DNA of 64,000 nt from a virus, in IMG/VR virus record IMGVR_UViG_3300009034_002625, positions 1 through 64,000 of that record; one strand, given 5' to 3'. Each line of letters begins with the position of its first letter. Positions within the stretch are counted from its first letter, which is position 1. A program made the position numbers and the translations under genes. A model generated the notes under the pieces. That model saw only the letters and a list, made by a program, of their open reading frames with translations. It was not told where the DNA came from and did not search any database. Shown one piece after another: positions 29,048 through 38,708 of this stretch.

Positions 29048-30554
29048 CAGCTTTCTCCTTACTTCTTTTTATTCCTAAATCATAGATTAAATTCAATAAA
29101 TCAAAATGTCCCAGTTTAATTTCCTTCTCTTTCGAGAATTGTTTTAATTGAATAAATTCTTTTGCTTTTCCTTTCAAGAAATCATGATCCTCATCTGGCA
29201 TTTCAACGTATCCCTCAAAGCTATATTCTTCTTTTCCTTTCTCAACGCCTTGATTGTAAACTTTTCTCAAAGCAATAAATGCGGATCTTTCAGGATTCTT
29301 TTCCTCTTTATAATCAAATGAAATCTTCCCGCCCTCTGAAGTAAGGGGAACTCTAAATCTTTTGGCTAATTCAATAACATCAGGTTTAATATCTTGAGGC
29401 TCATTATCAAAAGTTTTCAAGAAAACATCTTTATTAATATTTCTTACATAGGGATCAAGGGGTTCAAACTCAAAATCGATTTTGGGAAGACTTCCTGAAA
29501 AATTTGCTCGGATCAAAGGATCCACCAGATAAGGAAGAATATAGCCTTTAGCCATATCATTTGCCAAACTTTCAACTGCTCGAGAAAGCCATTCACTATG
29601 AATATTAGCTTTTGCATAAGATCCTCCACCACCAAAAGCTACTTCTTCAAAAACAAAGATCGCTCTCGCTTTTAGCTGATCCATCTTGTCATGATCTGCA
29701 TTAAAATCATAGACCTTACCTGCTTTTTCTTCAAGCAGTTCTATGTTCCAACCTGCTTCTGAAGGCATAGAAACCCCACCCGAAGAACGAACTGATTCTA
29801 CTATTTCCTGAATTAGATCTAAATTATCTACCATGATAGGAGAATTCTCAGAATCAAGACCAATCTGAGATTCACCTATCGGAGCTTTTCCCAGAACTGT
29901 AGCTATAGCCAGCTTCTCGGTATAAAGCCCATGATTCTCAAAAATATATTTGTCCAAAAACCAATAACGATAAGCAGATCTAATCCTGGATCTTCCGTAA
30001 AGATTCCCAAATCTTTTATCATGAGTATAAACAAAACATTTTTCTTTGGGAATAGTAACCTCTTCAGTATTGCCCCAGGGCAATTGCTGAATCAATCCAT
30101 CAAAGGAACCATCTTCGGTAACTTTGATGGTTAGATATTGGGGATCCATATCCAAGGGAATCTTCAACCACCATTGACCATCCCTTGCTTCAAATCTTTT
30201 TTCGTTACCTGAATAGCCAAATTCAAGAGCTGTTGATAAATTTCTCATCAAATGTTTCCAGATTCTTTCTAAATTCTCTGTGGCGAATTTTTTAATTTCT
30301 TGAGATTTACAAACTAATTGCCATCTCATATTCTGGATAGGTATTTTAAAAATAAGCAAAGGAAATAAGATTCCCCCATCATCCAACATTTCCTTGTATG
30401 TTGAAATTTGAATAGTATCGGGATTATAAGTTTCACCCTCTTTGATAAAAGAAAATTGATGACGACCGAGTTGTGCCGAGGTTAGAAGTTTATATAAAGA
30501 TTTTTTCTTATTTTTTTTATACTTCGTAACTTTAAATTTTGCAGTTTTAGCCAT
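29028..30554 (-). CDS. Portal protein (DUF935/Mu gp29-like)
   Basis: Follows terminase; ALEFGYSGNEK and GNLYGRSRIRSAYRYW motifs. Confidence 0.85.
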   Translation of the reverse strand: MAKTAKFKVTKYKKNKKKSLYKLLTSAQLGRHQFSFIKEGETYNPDTIQISTYKEMLDDGGILFPLLIFKIPIQNMRWQLVCKSQEIKKFATENLERIWKHLMRNLSTALEFGYSGNEKRFEARDGQWWLKIPLDMDPQYLTIKVTEDGSFDGLIQQLPWGNTEEVTIPKEKCFVYTHDKRFGNLYGRSRIRSAYRYWFLDKYIFENHGLYTEKLAIATVLGKAPIGESQIGLDSENSPIMVDNLDLIQEIVESVRSSGGVSMPSEAGWNIELLEEKAGKVYDFNADHDKMDQLKARAIFVFEEVAFGGGGSYAKANIHSEWLSRAVESLANDMAKGYILPYLVDPLIRANFSGSLPKIDFEFEPLDPYVRNINKDVFLKTFDNEPQDIKPDVIELAKRFRVPLTSEGGKISFDYKEEKNPERSAFIALRKVYNQGVEKGKEEYSFEGYVEMPDEDHDFLKGKAKEFIQLKQFSKEKEIKLGHFDLLNLIYDLGIKRSKEKAGDLVAK

Positions 30555-32091
30555 GCTTTATTTTCCCAAATTTTAAATTTGTTTCAATTCTAGGCCTAAA
30601 GAAAGAAGCTCTTGATAAATGCTTTTTCTTTTTTTCTTTCATTTTTCTCGCTTGCTGACTTAATATTTGTCCTCCCGATCTATATCGAAATCCTTTCGTT
30701 CCAGTTTTCGCGGCTTCTCTTGCAAAGAAACATGCCATTACAAGATCGTCTTCTTTCATATTAGGCCAGTTCTTAAGCTGTTTTATCCATTCACACCAAA
30801 TACATTTGCAGACCACAGAATGCTTTCTCCCCATAAAAATTTTCCATTTACCTTGCTCGAAATCCAAAGCCATTCCATCAATGCCTGCCAAAGATCTTTT
30901 CTGCAATTGCGTAAAGTATGCTTTTAAAGGAAGATGAGTATCCTTTGCTTCAGGTAAAGTTTTTATCCATTCCAGAAAGGATTTTTGATAAGCATTAGTT
31001 TCCACCATTATTTTTTTTGCCCAATGGATTTTTTGAAGTTGGACTACCCGTCTTGCTGTAGCAATAGAACCAAGTCTCTTTTTGCCCATTTCAACAGGAT
31101 AAAGATTTCCCTCGGGATCTCTTGCAAGGATAAAAAATGCAGAGAAAGAAGCATCGGAACGTTTTCCTATCGCAAGATCAACTCCCATAAATCTTGGCCA
31201 GTCGGAAGAAATATCAGAAGGCGATCTGGTATCAAAAACACAACTATCAACATCCTTTTCTTGGAAAGTGTGATCTTCATCGGAGACTGGTTTCAATTCA
31301 TAATTTCTTTCCCAATCTGACTTCTTCATTGATTTTCTTTTATTCTGCAATTTTGGCGCATTCCATTTATTTGGCCAGATAGGTTTAAAATCTACAATGG
31401 GTCGGATAAGCTTCTCATACTCAGGATCATTTCTTAATTCACTGGTTAAATCATCTTCATGCCAAGTAGTAGCAATATAAATTAATTTACCTCCATCTGC
31501 TAGCAAAGGAATCCAAGTTGAATAAAAAGCCCGCTTAATTGTTTCTCTCATCTTGGGAAATTGAATTGCATTCCTGAAATCTACAGGATCATCAAAAATA
31601 AGGAGGTCTGCTTGACCTCCCGTAGATGAACTGAGAATCGACCAGGCTTCAACACTTGAATCGGAGCTAACACCTGGTCTGTCAACTGTAAATTTATGTT
31701 TCGTCCAATCAAGTTCGCCGGGCATAAGATCGGGAAAAACTTCATGAAGATCGATAGAGTTTTCAATATAATATTTAATAAATCTAATTTTTGCTTTTGC
31801 CATTTCGTCAGTATTCGAAACGACTTTAATTCTCATGCGGGTATCTTTTCCAAGAGAATGAATTGCATAAGATTTGACAATAGTAGTTTTCCCATGCTTT
31901 CTAGGAATAAGAAGAAGGCCTTTTTCTTTAATTGAATCAAAAAAATCGATAATTTCATTATGAATTTCATCCAAGACTAAAGGATTTCCAGTTTTATCAT
32001 CCTTGATAACTAACTCGGTAAAATCCTTTGCATTAGTTTGAGCTCTTTCGTATTTTTCTAGTTCTTTAATTTCTTCTTCAACTGTTAGCAT
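30547..32091 (-). CDS. terL: Terminase large subunit (probable start MLTVEE at 32091)
   Basis: Walker A IPRKHGKTT, Walker B LLIFDDP, nuclease MGVDLA and DDLVMA. Confidence 0.92.
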   Translation of the reverse strand: MLTVEEEIKELEKYERAQTNAKDFTELVIKDDKTGNPLVLDEIHNEIIDFFDSIKEKGLLLIPRKHGKTTIVKSYAIHSLGKDTRMRIKVVSNTDEMAKAKIRFIKYYIENSIDLHEVFPDLMPGELDWTKHKFTVDRPGVSSDSSVEAWSILSSSTGGQADLLIFDDPVDFRNAIQFPKMRETIKRAFYSTWIPLLADGGKLIYIATTWHEDDLTSELRNDPEYEKLIRPIVDFKPIWPNKWNAPKLQNKRKSMKKSDWERNYELKPVSDEDHTFQEKDVDSCVFDTRSPSDISSDWPRFMGVDLAIGKRSDASFSAFFILARDPEGNLYPVEMGKKRLGSIATARRVVQLQKIHWAKKIMVETNAYQKSFLEWIKTLPEAKDTHLPLKAYFTQLQKRSLAGIDGMALDFEQGKWKIFMGRKHSVVCKCIWCEWIKQLKNWPNMKEDDLVMACFFAREAAKTGTKGFRYRSGGQILSQQARKMKEKKKKHLSRASFFRPRIETNLKFGKIKHG

Positions 32092-32500
32092 CCTGCTTCT
32101 CCTTCTGTTCTCGTAGCTTCCCCAACCTATCAAGCCTAGAAGATCTCGGGCTATCTCCAGAGCCACCATTTTCACTAGAAATTCTAGCAAGAACTTCCAG
32201 CTTGAATTTTTGCAAATCAATCAAACTTGTTATATTACTTGCCGTAAGCTTCTCTTGTTTCTTAACCCTATCAATAAGTTCATTACAGCTTTTCAAAATT
32301 AATTTTTTTTCGATATCGGGGATTATTTCAGTTGGCCCAAAAGAATCAACAAATTGCTTTGCTTTAATTTTCTTTTTAACTCTGTAAATTTGTTGATCAC
32401 CCAATCCTAATTCGAGTGCAATTCTCTGCCAAGAATAGCCTAGGCCCCGCATTTCGTTAGCAAGAGAAACATTTTGGTTAAATTGTTTTACTGTGTTCAT
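32078..32500 (-). CDS. terS: Putative terminase small subunit (HTH)
   Basis: GYSWQRIALELG HTH; overlaps the terL start. Confidence 0.65.
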   Translation of the reverse strand: MNTVKQFNQNVSLANEMRGLGYSWQRIALELGLGDQQIYRVKKKIKAKQFVDSFGPTEIIPDIEKKLILKSCNELIDRVKKQEKLTASNITSLIDLQKFKLEVLARISSENGGSGDSPRSSRLDRLGKLREQKEKQDANS

Positions 32501-32712
32501 TTTTTTGAAATTATTGTTAGTTTTTTACTGGGTAAAAGAATACCTTTTTGGTAAGCTCCGCATTTTGTAGCTTGCAAAACTAAATTAGCATTGAACTCAA
32601 ATCCCTCTAATTTCCTAGCTTTGCGGTAGGTCCCAATGAAAAAATCAAGCTGTGCGATAGTTTTTTTCATTACTTCACAATTTTTGGCGAGTTTACAATC
32701 CTGACATGACAT
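32497..32712 (-). CDS. Small Cys-containing hypothetical protein (MSCQDCK...)
   Basis: ATG at 32712 with AAGGA SD; coupled to terS. Confidence 0.55.
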   Translation of the reverse strand: MSCQDCKLAKNCEVMKKTIAQLDFFIGTYRKARKLEGFEFNANLVLQATKCGAYQKGILLPSKKLTIISKK

Positions 32713-32726
32713 TGAGATTCCTTTCC

Positions 32727-32768
32727 AAAAAGAAAGGCTGATCCGTAAACCGTGCACGGAACAGCCTT
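32727..32768 (-). terminator. Intrinsic terminator upstream of the packaging/structural operon
   Basis: Minus strand AAGGCUG-U-UCCGU-loop-ACGGA-U-CAGCCUU followed by UCUUUUU. Confidence 0.6.
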
Positions 32769-33030
32769 ACCTTTTTGTTGAATTAGGTTTGGGATGAAGA
32801 AACGTCTTTCCCCTCCCAATCAAAGGGCCAATGAGCAAAAGATTTTTTATATCATACTACTATAGATTGAACTTGTTTAGACAATTACTACTATAATTAT
32901 AAGATAAATAGCTTATGAATTCTAATTTGTCAAGGAATATTTTATATTTTTTTTCTGAAATGAAGATAGAAATGTAGATAAGTGGTTAAGGCAAAAAGGT
33001 TTAAGTCGTGTAAAAATAATTTAAGAAAAT

Positions 33031-33360
33031 TTAATCTTTTAATTGTTTAGACCAATCTCGATTATAGATCCGCACTTTTCCCCTACCCTTACATTTCTTA
33101 CACCTGACTTTGGTTTTGCCATCTTTTTTTCTTGGAGTTCCAATTCTTTCATGAGTAGAACAATATCTGCATCGAAGCCAACGATAACCTTTACCACCAC
33201 ATTTCCAGCAAGTAAAAGTATTGTAGGCTTTCTCCTTCTTTTCTTTCTTTGCCTTCTTTGCCTTCTTTGCCTTGCGAATCTTGGTCTTTTCAGATTTTTG
33301 TTGAGCTTCACTATAAAATGAGGAACCCAGCAAAAGCATAAATAAAATTAAATATCTCAT
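33031..33360 (-). CDS. Signal-peptide protein with DnaJ-type CxxCxGxG zinc-finger motifs
   Basis: MRYLILFMLLLGSSFYSEA signal; CWKCGGKG, CRYC, CKKCKGRG. Confidence 0.6.
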   Translation of the reverse strand: MRYLILFMLLLGSSFYSEAQQKSEKTKIRKAKKAKKAKKEKKEKAYNTFTCWKCGGKGYRWLRCRYCSTHERIGTPRKKDGKTKVRCKKCKGRGKVRIYNRDWSKQLKD

Positions 33361-33551
33361 TTGCTTCCTTTCTCTTTTTTCTTTTTCTCAAAAATAGTTT
33401 TTTGCCCTGTAGCCTCAAAAGTTATTTCCATCTGGGTTTCCGCGGGAACCGCAGGAGAAATAACTTTCCTTTCTGCTTTAATACGAATTTCAATTCCACA
33501 ATTAGGACATACTCTTCGCTCGTCTACCAATGGCTTTCGCTCTTTGGCCAT
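33357..33551 (-). CDS. Small hypothetical protein (CPNC)
   Basis: GGAGG SD, coupled ORF. Confidence 0.55.
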   Translation of the reverse strand: MAKERKPLVDERRVCPNCGIEIRIKAERKVISPAVPAETQMEITFEATGQKTIFEKKKKEKGSK

Positions 33552-33717
33552 CCCTTGCCTCCTTTCCTTTTACTAAAATTTCCAATCTTTCCTTCAAAAA
33601 TTTTTTTCCCTTTTCATCCTCGGCTTTAAATTTTTGCTCAAGTCTTTTTCTCATTCCCTCTCTTGCACTTGGTGGAGATTTTTCAATCAGTTTTGCAATA
33701 AGTTCAGCTTCCGTCAT
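33502..33717 (-). CDS. Hypothetical protein
   Basis: GAGGT SD, in minus-strand operon. Confidence 0.5.
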   Translation of the reverse strand: MTEAELIAKLIEKSPPSAREGMRKRLEQKFKAEDEKGKKFLKERLEILVKGKEARDGQRAKAIGRRAKSMS

Positions 33718-33925
33718 TTTTTACCTCCTCATAAGTCTCTTCAAAGATATCTCCCCGGCAAGGATACAACTCTCCCTTAATCCCCCTGATAACAAAATCA
33801 CCAGGTTCAGCCCAGACAGTTCCCCCTATAGCAGAAATGGGCATTTTCTTCCTTGTTTGAAAAGCTTGAATTACTACAGATTTTTTTCTATAGCTTTTCC
33901 ATTTATCTTTATCCTCATTTCCCAT
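33704..33925 (-). CDS. PGDYG-like small phage protein
   Basis: YRKKSVVIQAFQ...AEPGDFVIRGIKGELYPCRGDIFEETYE. Confidence 0.75.
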   Translation of the reverse strand: MGNEDKDKWKSYRKKSVVIQAFQTRKKMPISAIGGTVWAEPGDFVIRGIKGELYPCRGDIFEETYEEVKNDGS

Positions 33926-34157
33926 CCTGTTCCTCCTTCATTACTTTTACCAATTCATCCATTCTTCCTTTAAGTCGATTTAAATCTTTCTCGATTTTTT
34001 CTACTGGAAGAATAGTCCTGTAATCCTGCGCAAAGATCCGGAAAGAAGTCCAGAGAATATCCCAGACTCTTTCCGATTCTTTGGGTTTACCACCACAACA
34101 TCCTGCCATTTTAGGTCTCCAAACCAAATTTATGTCCAATAATTTTCCCAAGAACAT
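33915..34157 (-). CDS. Hypothetical protein (probable start MAGCCGG)
   Basis: Coupled small ORF. Confidence 0.45.
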   Translation of the reverse strand: MFLGKLLDINLVWRPKMAGCCGGKPKESERVWDILWTSFRIFAQDYRTILPVEKIEKDLNRLKGRMDELVKVMKEEQDGK

Positions 34158-34509
34158 TCCAGTTTTCCCAAGGAAAAATTACTACCGATCCATCTTCTCT
34201 AATCATAGTAGCACTGAAAGTACCATTCTCAAATTTAACTTCATAGAGAATTCTTTCCTCGGATCCAATAATTAGAAAATCCTTTTCATAAATTTCTTTT
34301 CCGTCAATATCTTTTTTTCCGCTATACCACATCAATTCGTAATCTTCATTCTTTTCTATATGAAAACCAAAAATATTCTCCGCCATATGTTGATGGGTAA
34401 TAGTAAAACTACTATTAAAGAAAATCTGAATATCATAATCTGAATCATCAGGATAAATCATTTTCTTTCGAACTTTATCGTATAAACGCATTTTAGGAAT
34501 TATTATCAT
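34111..34509 (-). CDS. YopX-family protein
   Basis: KMRLYDK...LMWYSGKKDIDGKEIYEKD...VKFENGTF...KIIG. Confidence 0.8.
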   Translation of the reverse strand: MIIIPKMRLYDKVRKKMIYPDDSDYDIQIFFNSSFTITHQHMAENIFGFHIEKNEDYELMWYSGKKDIDGKEIYEKDFLIIGSEERILYEVKFENGTFSATMIREDGSVVIFPWENWNVLGKIIGHKFGLET

Positions 34510-34751
34510 TTCCTTTCCTTCATAATTAGTTTTTCAGATGGACCATCATACGTATAACTTGCTCCTAAAGAAATTTTCTTTTTTCCACCACTAATTGATT
34601 GCCCTTCTTTAAAAGCGGTTTCCATTACATTGAATATTGCCATTTCTATTTTCTTCTTATGCTGCGGATCCAATTCAAACATATGCTTAGTGCCATATTC
34701 AGTTTCAATTAAGCTTACAATTTCCTGAACAGCTTTTGCTACATATTGCAT
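34506..34751 (-). CDS. Hypothetical protein
   Basis: GGAGG SD, coupled. Confidence 0.55.
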   Translation of the reverse strand: MQYVAKAVQEIVSLIETEYGTKHMFELDPQHKKKIEMAIFNVMETAFKEGQSISGGKKKISLGASYTYDGPSEKLIMKERK

Positions 34752-34759
34752 TTTACCTC

Positions 34760-34999
34760 CTATTTTTTTATTTTTCCAAATTTAACCAAAACACCTTTGC
34801 ATAATTCAACACCCATTTTTATTCCCAAGACATAAGCTTCTCTTAAATTATTTGCTCGATGATATTGAAATTTAACCAAATCATCATTAGCTAAATGGTC
34901 AGCTACATATTTGTCAACCATTTGTTTCAGCTCTGTCTGTTCTTTCTCCTTTTCTATCCGCTCCTTTTCTTTTTTAGTTATTCTTTTTTTCTTGGTCAT
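34760..34999 (-). CDS. Hypothetical protein
   Basis: AGGAG SD. Confidence 0.55.
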   Translation of the reverse strand: MTKKKRITKKEKERIEKEKEQTELKQMVDKYVADHLANDDLVKFQYHRANNLREAYVLGIKMGVELCKGVLVKFGKIKK

Positions 35000-35035
35000 T
35001 TGCTTTCTCCTTTTTGTTCTATTTTGGAACTGGGG

Positions 35036-35269
35036 TTATAAATCCTCCAATTCTGTAAAAACGATCAAATCCTTTAATTTCTTTGCAATTTTCTTGTCAA
35101 GAAAGTGGATTATCGGCATACCAAGCTGTGGCGGTTTGCCCTTATATTCCAAATTTACCAAATAGTTCAAGCTGTAATCTTTCGTTTTGTAGTCAAAACA
35201 TAAGCAATAATCCTTGCTATTAATCAGTATTTCTATTTTGAGAGTATTGTTTTTTAGGGCTTGTTTCAT
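35036..35269 (-). CDS. Hypothetical protein
   Basis: GGAG SD. Confidence 0.5.
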   Translation of the reverse strand: MKQALKNNTLKIEILINSKDYCLCFDYKTKDYSLNYLVNLEYKGKPPQLGMPIIHFLDKKIAKKLKDLIVFTELEDL

Positions 35270-35293
35270 TTTTTCTCCGTTAATTTTAAAAAT

Positions 35294-35632
35294 TTATTCA
35301 CCTTTAATTTCTTTAACAATAGCATCAGCATCAACAAAACCATTTGCCAATAAAACACCAGCAACATTTTCCATTAACTGAGAAAATTCTTTGTGTATCG
35401 GGTCATCGCTATTTTCGGTATCTCCTGTAAGCTTCAATGTTAATAATTCACCTATACCTTCTCCTGCTTCATGCATCAAAATACTAAATATTCTTTCACT
35501 ATCAACTCTTTTATCAATATATATATTTTTCTTCTCTACGTCTACAGCACCTTCGGAGTTTTCACCAAGCAATTTTTTGTTTTTTGTGAAATGCACTTTA
35601 AAACTATAGCCCATTATTTCCAGCATATACAT
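35294..35632 (-). CDS. Zincin-like metallopeptidase-fold protein (degenerate HExxH)
   Basis: G....IYIDK...ILMHEAGE motif. Confidence 0.55.
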   Translation of the reverse strand: MYMLEIMGYSFKVHFTKNKKLLGENSEGAVDVEKKNIYIDKRVDSERIFSILMHEAGEGIGELLTLKLTGDTENSDDPIHKEFSQLMENVAGVLLANGFVDADAIVKEIKGE

Positions 35633-36000
35633 TACAAAGATTTCCTTTCGTCAACTGAATCGTCAACCAAATCACCAATATTAAAATAAACCGGAATATT
35701 CCATTTTATCGCCATCTCCACTTCTCGGTTTGCTCCCTTACTTTCTCCAGGCAATCTTAACAGAGCATCGCATTTCTTTAATATTTTTAAATCGTATTCA
35801 TACCAGAAATCCACGGGCTTCGGACTTATCGCATGCCACAACATTGCTAAGTGTGGTATGAATGGAGTAAAGCCAAGTTTGATAAGCTCATCTGCTACTT
35901 TTACTACTCTATTTGCATTAGCAACTGGATCCGGATTTATATATGGAGCTGCTATAAAAATTATTTTATCCATTACAGTAATTTCCTCTTTAATATCCAA
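35632..36000 (-). CDS. DUF4406/DUF1937-like nucleoside 2-deoxyribosyltransferase-fold protein
   Basis: IFIAAPY...PFIPHL...CDALLRLPGESKGANREVEMA...IPVY. Confidence 0.8.
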   Translation of the reverse strand: MDIKEEITVMDKIIFIAAPYINPDPVANANRVVKVADELIKLGFTPFIPHLAMLWHAISPKPVDFWYEYDLKILKKCDALLRLPGESKGANREVEMAIKWNIPVYFNIGDLVDDSVDERKSL

Positions 36001-36263
36001 TAATATTTATCATAATTTATATCATCAGGAATATTATCATGTTTTGGACTTGTCATATCCCTTGCTTTCTTTATAAAAGATAAACCTAGAACTAAAGCCT
36101 CTGGAAGCACATCGTATCCTAATGCTTTTAGCATAGTGCTTGCAGTCTTAAAAGTGCCTAATCTATTATCTTCAGGTTCATAAGTTCCACTTTTATTTTC
36201 GCAGAGTTCAAGACATTCTTTGTCTATTTCTTCTATGATTTCTCTTAAATTTTTCTTTTTCAT
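35973..36263 (-). CDS. DUF1599/Nmad1-like small helical protein
   Basis: L..NKSGTY...DNRLGTFK...DDINY pattern. Confidence 0.45.
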   Translation of the reverse strand: MKKKNLREIIEEIDKECLELCENKSGTYEPEDNRLGTFKTASTMLKALGYDVLPEALVLGLSFIKKARDMTSPKHDNIPDDINYDKYYWILKRKLL

Positions 36264-36300
36264 AATTCTCCTTTAGGTTTGATAATCACGAACCTAATCG

Positions 36301-37509
36301 TCAACTATAAATCTTTACCCTTTGCTTTGTAGTATCCTTAAGCATAATATCCCTCGACCAAGTTTTTTTAAATCTTGGATGTATGCTAAACACTTTCTGG
36401 CTAGCAGGACTACCTGTTTTCAATCGCTTTAAAGAATATTCAGTTCCACCAGTCCAACCACCATTGGTAATAATTTTAGAAAATTCACTCGGCTGATGTA
36501 TGTGAGCAACTAAAAAGTAATCAAAATCTACAGGCCTACCTTTTTCATCAAGATATTCCCTCAATACTTCCCTGATGTTTCCCTTGCCTCTTTTGATACC
36601 ATAGAAAGGTATTCCAAGCCAACTGAAGAAATCATCCCCATGTTCCATGTAAAGCTTACAACCCATCCGTTCTATCAACATCCACCAGCTTTTAGATATA
36701 TTAAATTTTACATTTCGGAAACCCTCAAGCCTCTGCTTCATCCACTGCGCAATTAAATAGTCAAGATGGTCAAATGGTGAAAGCACAGCAGTTTTTTTAG
36801 TAAGCCTTGAATGGTTACCGCATACACTATAAACATTTACCATGGGAAATTTCGTAGCAATCCAAGCGACAATTTTTGTAAGTTCATCTACTACAAGCAT
36901 AATCTGTTCTACCACCGCTAAATCAGTGGTTCTCAACTGCGACTCCCTCAAAATCTTACCCTCAATAAGGTCGCCAACCAGATAAATATTGCAAACATCA
37001 TAAATTGTTTCTTTAAAATGAATATTGAAAATCCTATCAAGCGAAGCCTTGTAAAAACCCATTTCTCCCAACAAAACCTTAACGTTAAAACTTCCAAGCC
37101 CACCACTTTCTTCGGCATCTACCGTCAGCCCTGCATGCACATCGCTAATCATCAGATTCATTTCTTCCCTAGTTTTCCCCTTAGACCTTTTGGGTTCGGG
37201 TATTTTGTAATCAGCTTCCAGTGCTTTTGTTGCAGTAAGTATAGCATTACCAACTATTTCAAAAAAAGTTTGTTGCTTCCGCAGAGAAATTAGTTCTCTT
37301 TTTTCTATGCCCCTTAAAAATCCTTCTTTGCCTTTTGGTTTTTCGTAGAATTGGCTTCTCCAGAAATCCCTAACTTCTTTAGGGATTAATTTTACTTTAA
37401 ACTTTTTATTTATAAATGTTGCGATACGGGCATAACTTTGCCTGTCGCTATCGGGGCTATTTTTTATCTTAGTTATTTCGTCTGCTATTTTACCGCTAAT
37501 TTTATCCAA
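36301..37509 (-). CDS. Calcineurin-like metallophosphoesterase
   Basis: SDVHAG, GDLIEG, GNHSR, EHGD, AHIH motifs. Confidence 0.85.
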   Translation of the reverse strand: MDKISGKIADEITKIKNSPDSDRQSYARIATFINKKFKVKLIPKEVRDFWRSQFYEKPKGKEGFLRGIEKRELISLRKQQTFFEIVGNAILTATKALEADYKIPEPKRSKGKTREEMNLMISDVHAGLTVDAEESGGLGSFNVKVLLGEMGFYKASLDRIFNIHFKETIYDVCNIYLVGDLIEGKILRESQLRTTDLAVVEQIMLVVDELTKIVAWIATKFPMVNVYSVCGNHSRLTKKTAVLSPFDHLDYLIAQWMKQRLEGFRNVKFNISKSWWMLIERMGCKLYMEHGDDFFSWLGIPFYGIKRGKGNIREVLREYLDEKGRPVDFDYFLVAHIHQPSEFSKIITNGGWTGGTEYSLKRLKTGSPASQKVFSIHPRFKKTWSRDIMLKDTTKQRVKIYS

Positions 37510-37887
37510 TTACTTCTCCCTTGGAACTTTATTGCCCTCTATTATTTTTTGAATACCCAACAACCTGTTATTTCCTTTATTGTTATCATGCAACATTTTT
37601 TGAAACCTCTTACGGCCTATAATATGTCTTAACTGTTCTATCCGATAATAATAAGGATCATCCAACAATTTGGTTTTTTCCTTTTGTAATTGTTTAATTT
37701 TTTTCCCATATTCTTTTTCTATTACATAACCTACGATCTTAATCCTTGTTGGCCTAGTAATTTTCATCCCGGTAAGTTCTTCAAATTTATTCCTGTCAAC
37801 ACAGCATTGTTTTTTCAACGCCTTTTTGAACTTAAAAAAACCTATTATTTTTTTATAAGGAATAGCCCAAAATGTTTTATTTTTCAT
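37510..37887 (-). CDS. Hypothetical protein
   Basis: 125-aa basic ORF, coupled. Confidence 0.5.
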   Translation of the reverse strand: MKNKTFWAIPYKKIIGFFKFKKALKKQCCVDRNKFEELTGMKITRPTRIKIVGYVIEKEYGKKIKQLQKEKTKLLDDPYYYRIEQLRHIIGRKRFQKMLHDNNKGNNRLLGIQKIIEGNKVPREK

Positions 37888-38505
37888 TTAAATTCTTTTG
37901 GAAATATTAGAATATAATTTAGATTCAGCCTCACGAGTCCAAATAGCAACTCTTATTTCTTCTTCGGTAAAATCTGTTTCAAAAACGGTAACGGCTCTTC
38001 CTATTTCTCCATAAGTATGAGCATCACTCCCGCCTGTTTTTGCAAAATGAAATTTTTTATATAATTCCAAAATATCAGAACCACCATGATTTCCATTCAT
38101 TTCTTCCATACCGTCAAGATCACCTAAAAATCCTTCATCCATTTCTCCAAGATTAACAAAAGAAAAACATGGATGAGCCAAAATAGCTATTCCATTTAAA
38201 TTCCTGATTAACCTAAGAGCTTCTAGGGGATTTAAAACTTGTTCTCTAGGATAAACTATTTCTTGTTCAATAAACAAACCAAGAAGATGACCGTAAGTAA
38301 TATTTATTTCTATTCCAGAAATTACAAGAAAATCTTTAGAAGAATATTGCAGAGAATTCAATCCACCCAGAGAAGAATTATGGTCCGTAATTGCAATTCC
38401 GGAAAGTCCTCTTTCTTTTGCAATTCTCACAACTTCTTTGGGTTCTACTTCGGCAGAACCGGAACAAGGAGAATATTTAGTATGTATGTGCAGGTCAAGC
38501 TCCAT
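37888..38505 (-). CDS. PHP-domain phosphoesterase
   Basis: DLHIHTKYS, AITDHN, GIEI...GHLL, LAHP, GGSDAH. Confidence 0.9.
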   Translation of the reverse strand: MELDLHIHTKYSPCSGSAEVEPKEVVRIAKERGLSGIAITDHNSSLGGLNSLQYSSKDFLVISGIEINITYGHLLGLFIEQEIVYPREQVLNPLEALRLIRNLNGIAILAHPCFSFVNLGEMDEGFLGDLDGMEEMNGNHGGSDILELYKKFHFAKTGGSDAHTYGEIGRAVTVFETDFTEEEIRVAIWTREAESKLYSNISKRI

Positions 38506-38708
38506 TATTTTGGCTCCGCTTTTGGACGTATTATTCCATCGCCTTTCTCGTAATTTCCATCAGGCCCCATCACGGGAAAAAATTCCAAGCCATTCTTCAT
38601 CGCTCGGGCAACAAATATATTCATCATATCTTGTTCGACAGCAGAAGAAGTATCTCTTGCATTGATATTCAAATATGGATTGCCATCGTCAACTCTTAAT
38701 TGAATCAT
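38505..38708 (-). CDS. Hypothetical protein
   Basis: Translationally coupled small ORF. Confidence 0.5.
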   Translation of the reverse strand: MIQLRVDDGNPYLNINARDTSSAVEQDMMNIFVARAMKNGLEFFPVMGPDGNYEKGDGIIRPKAEPK

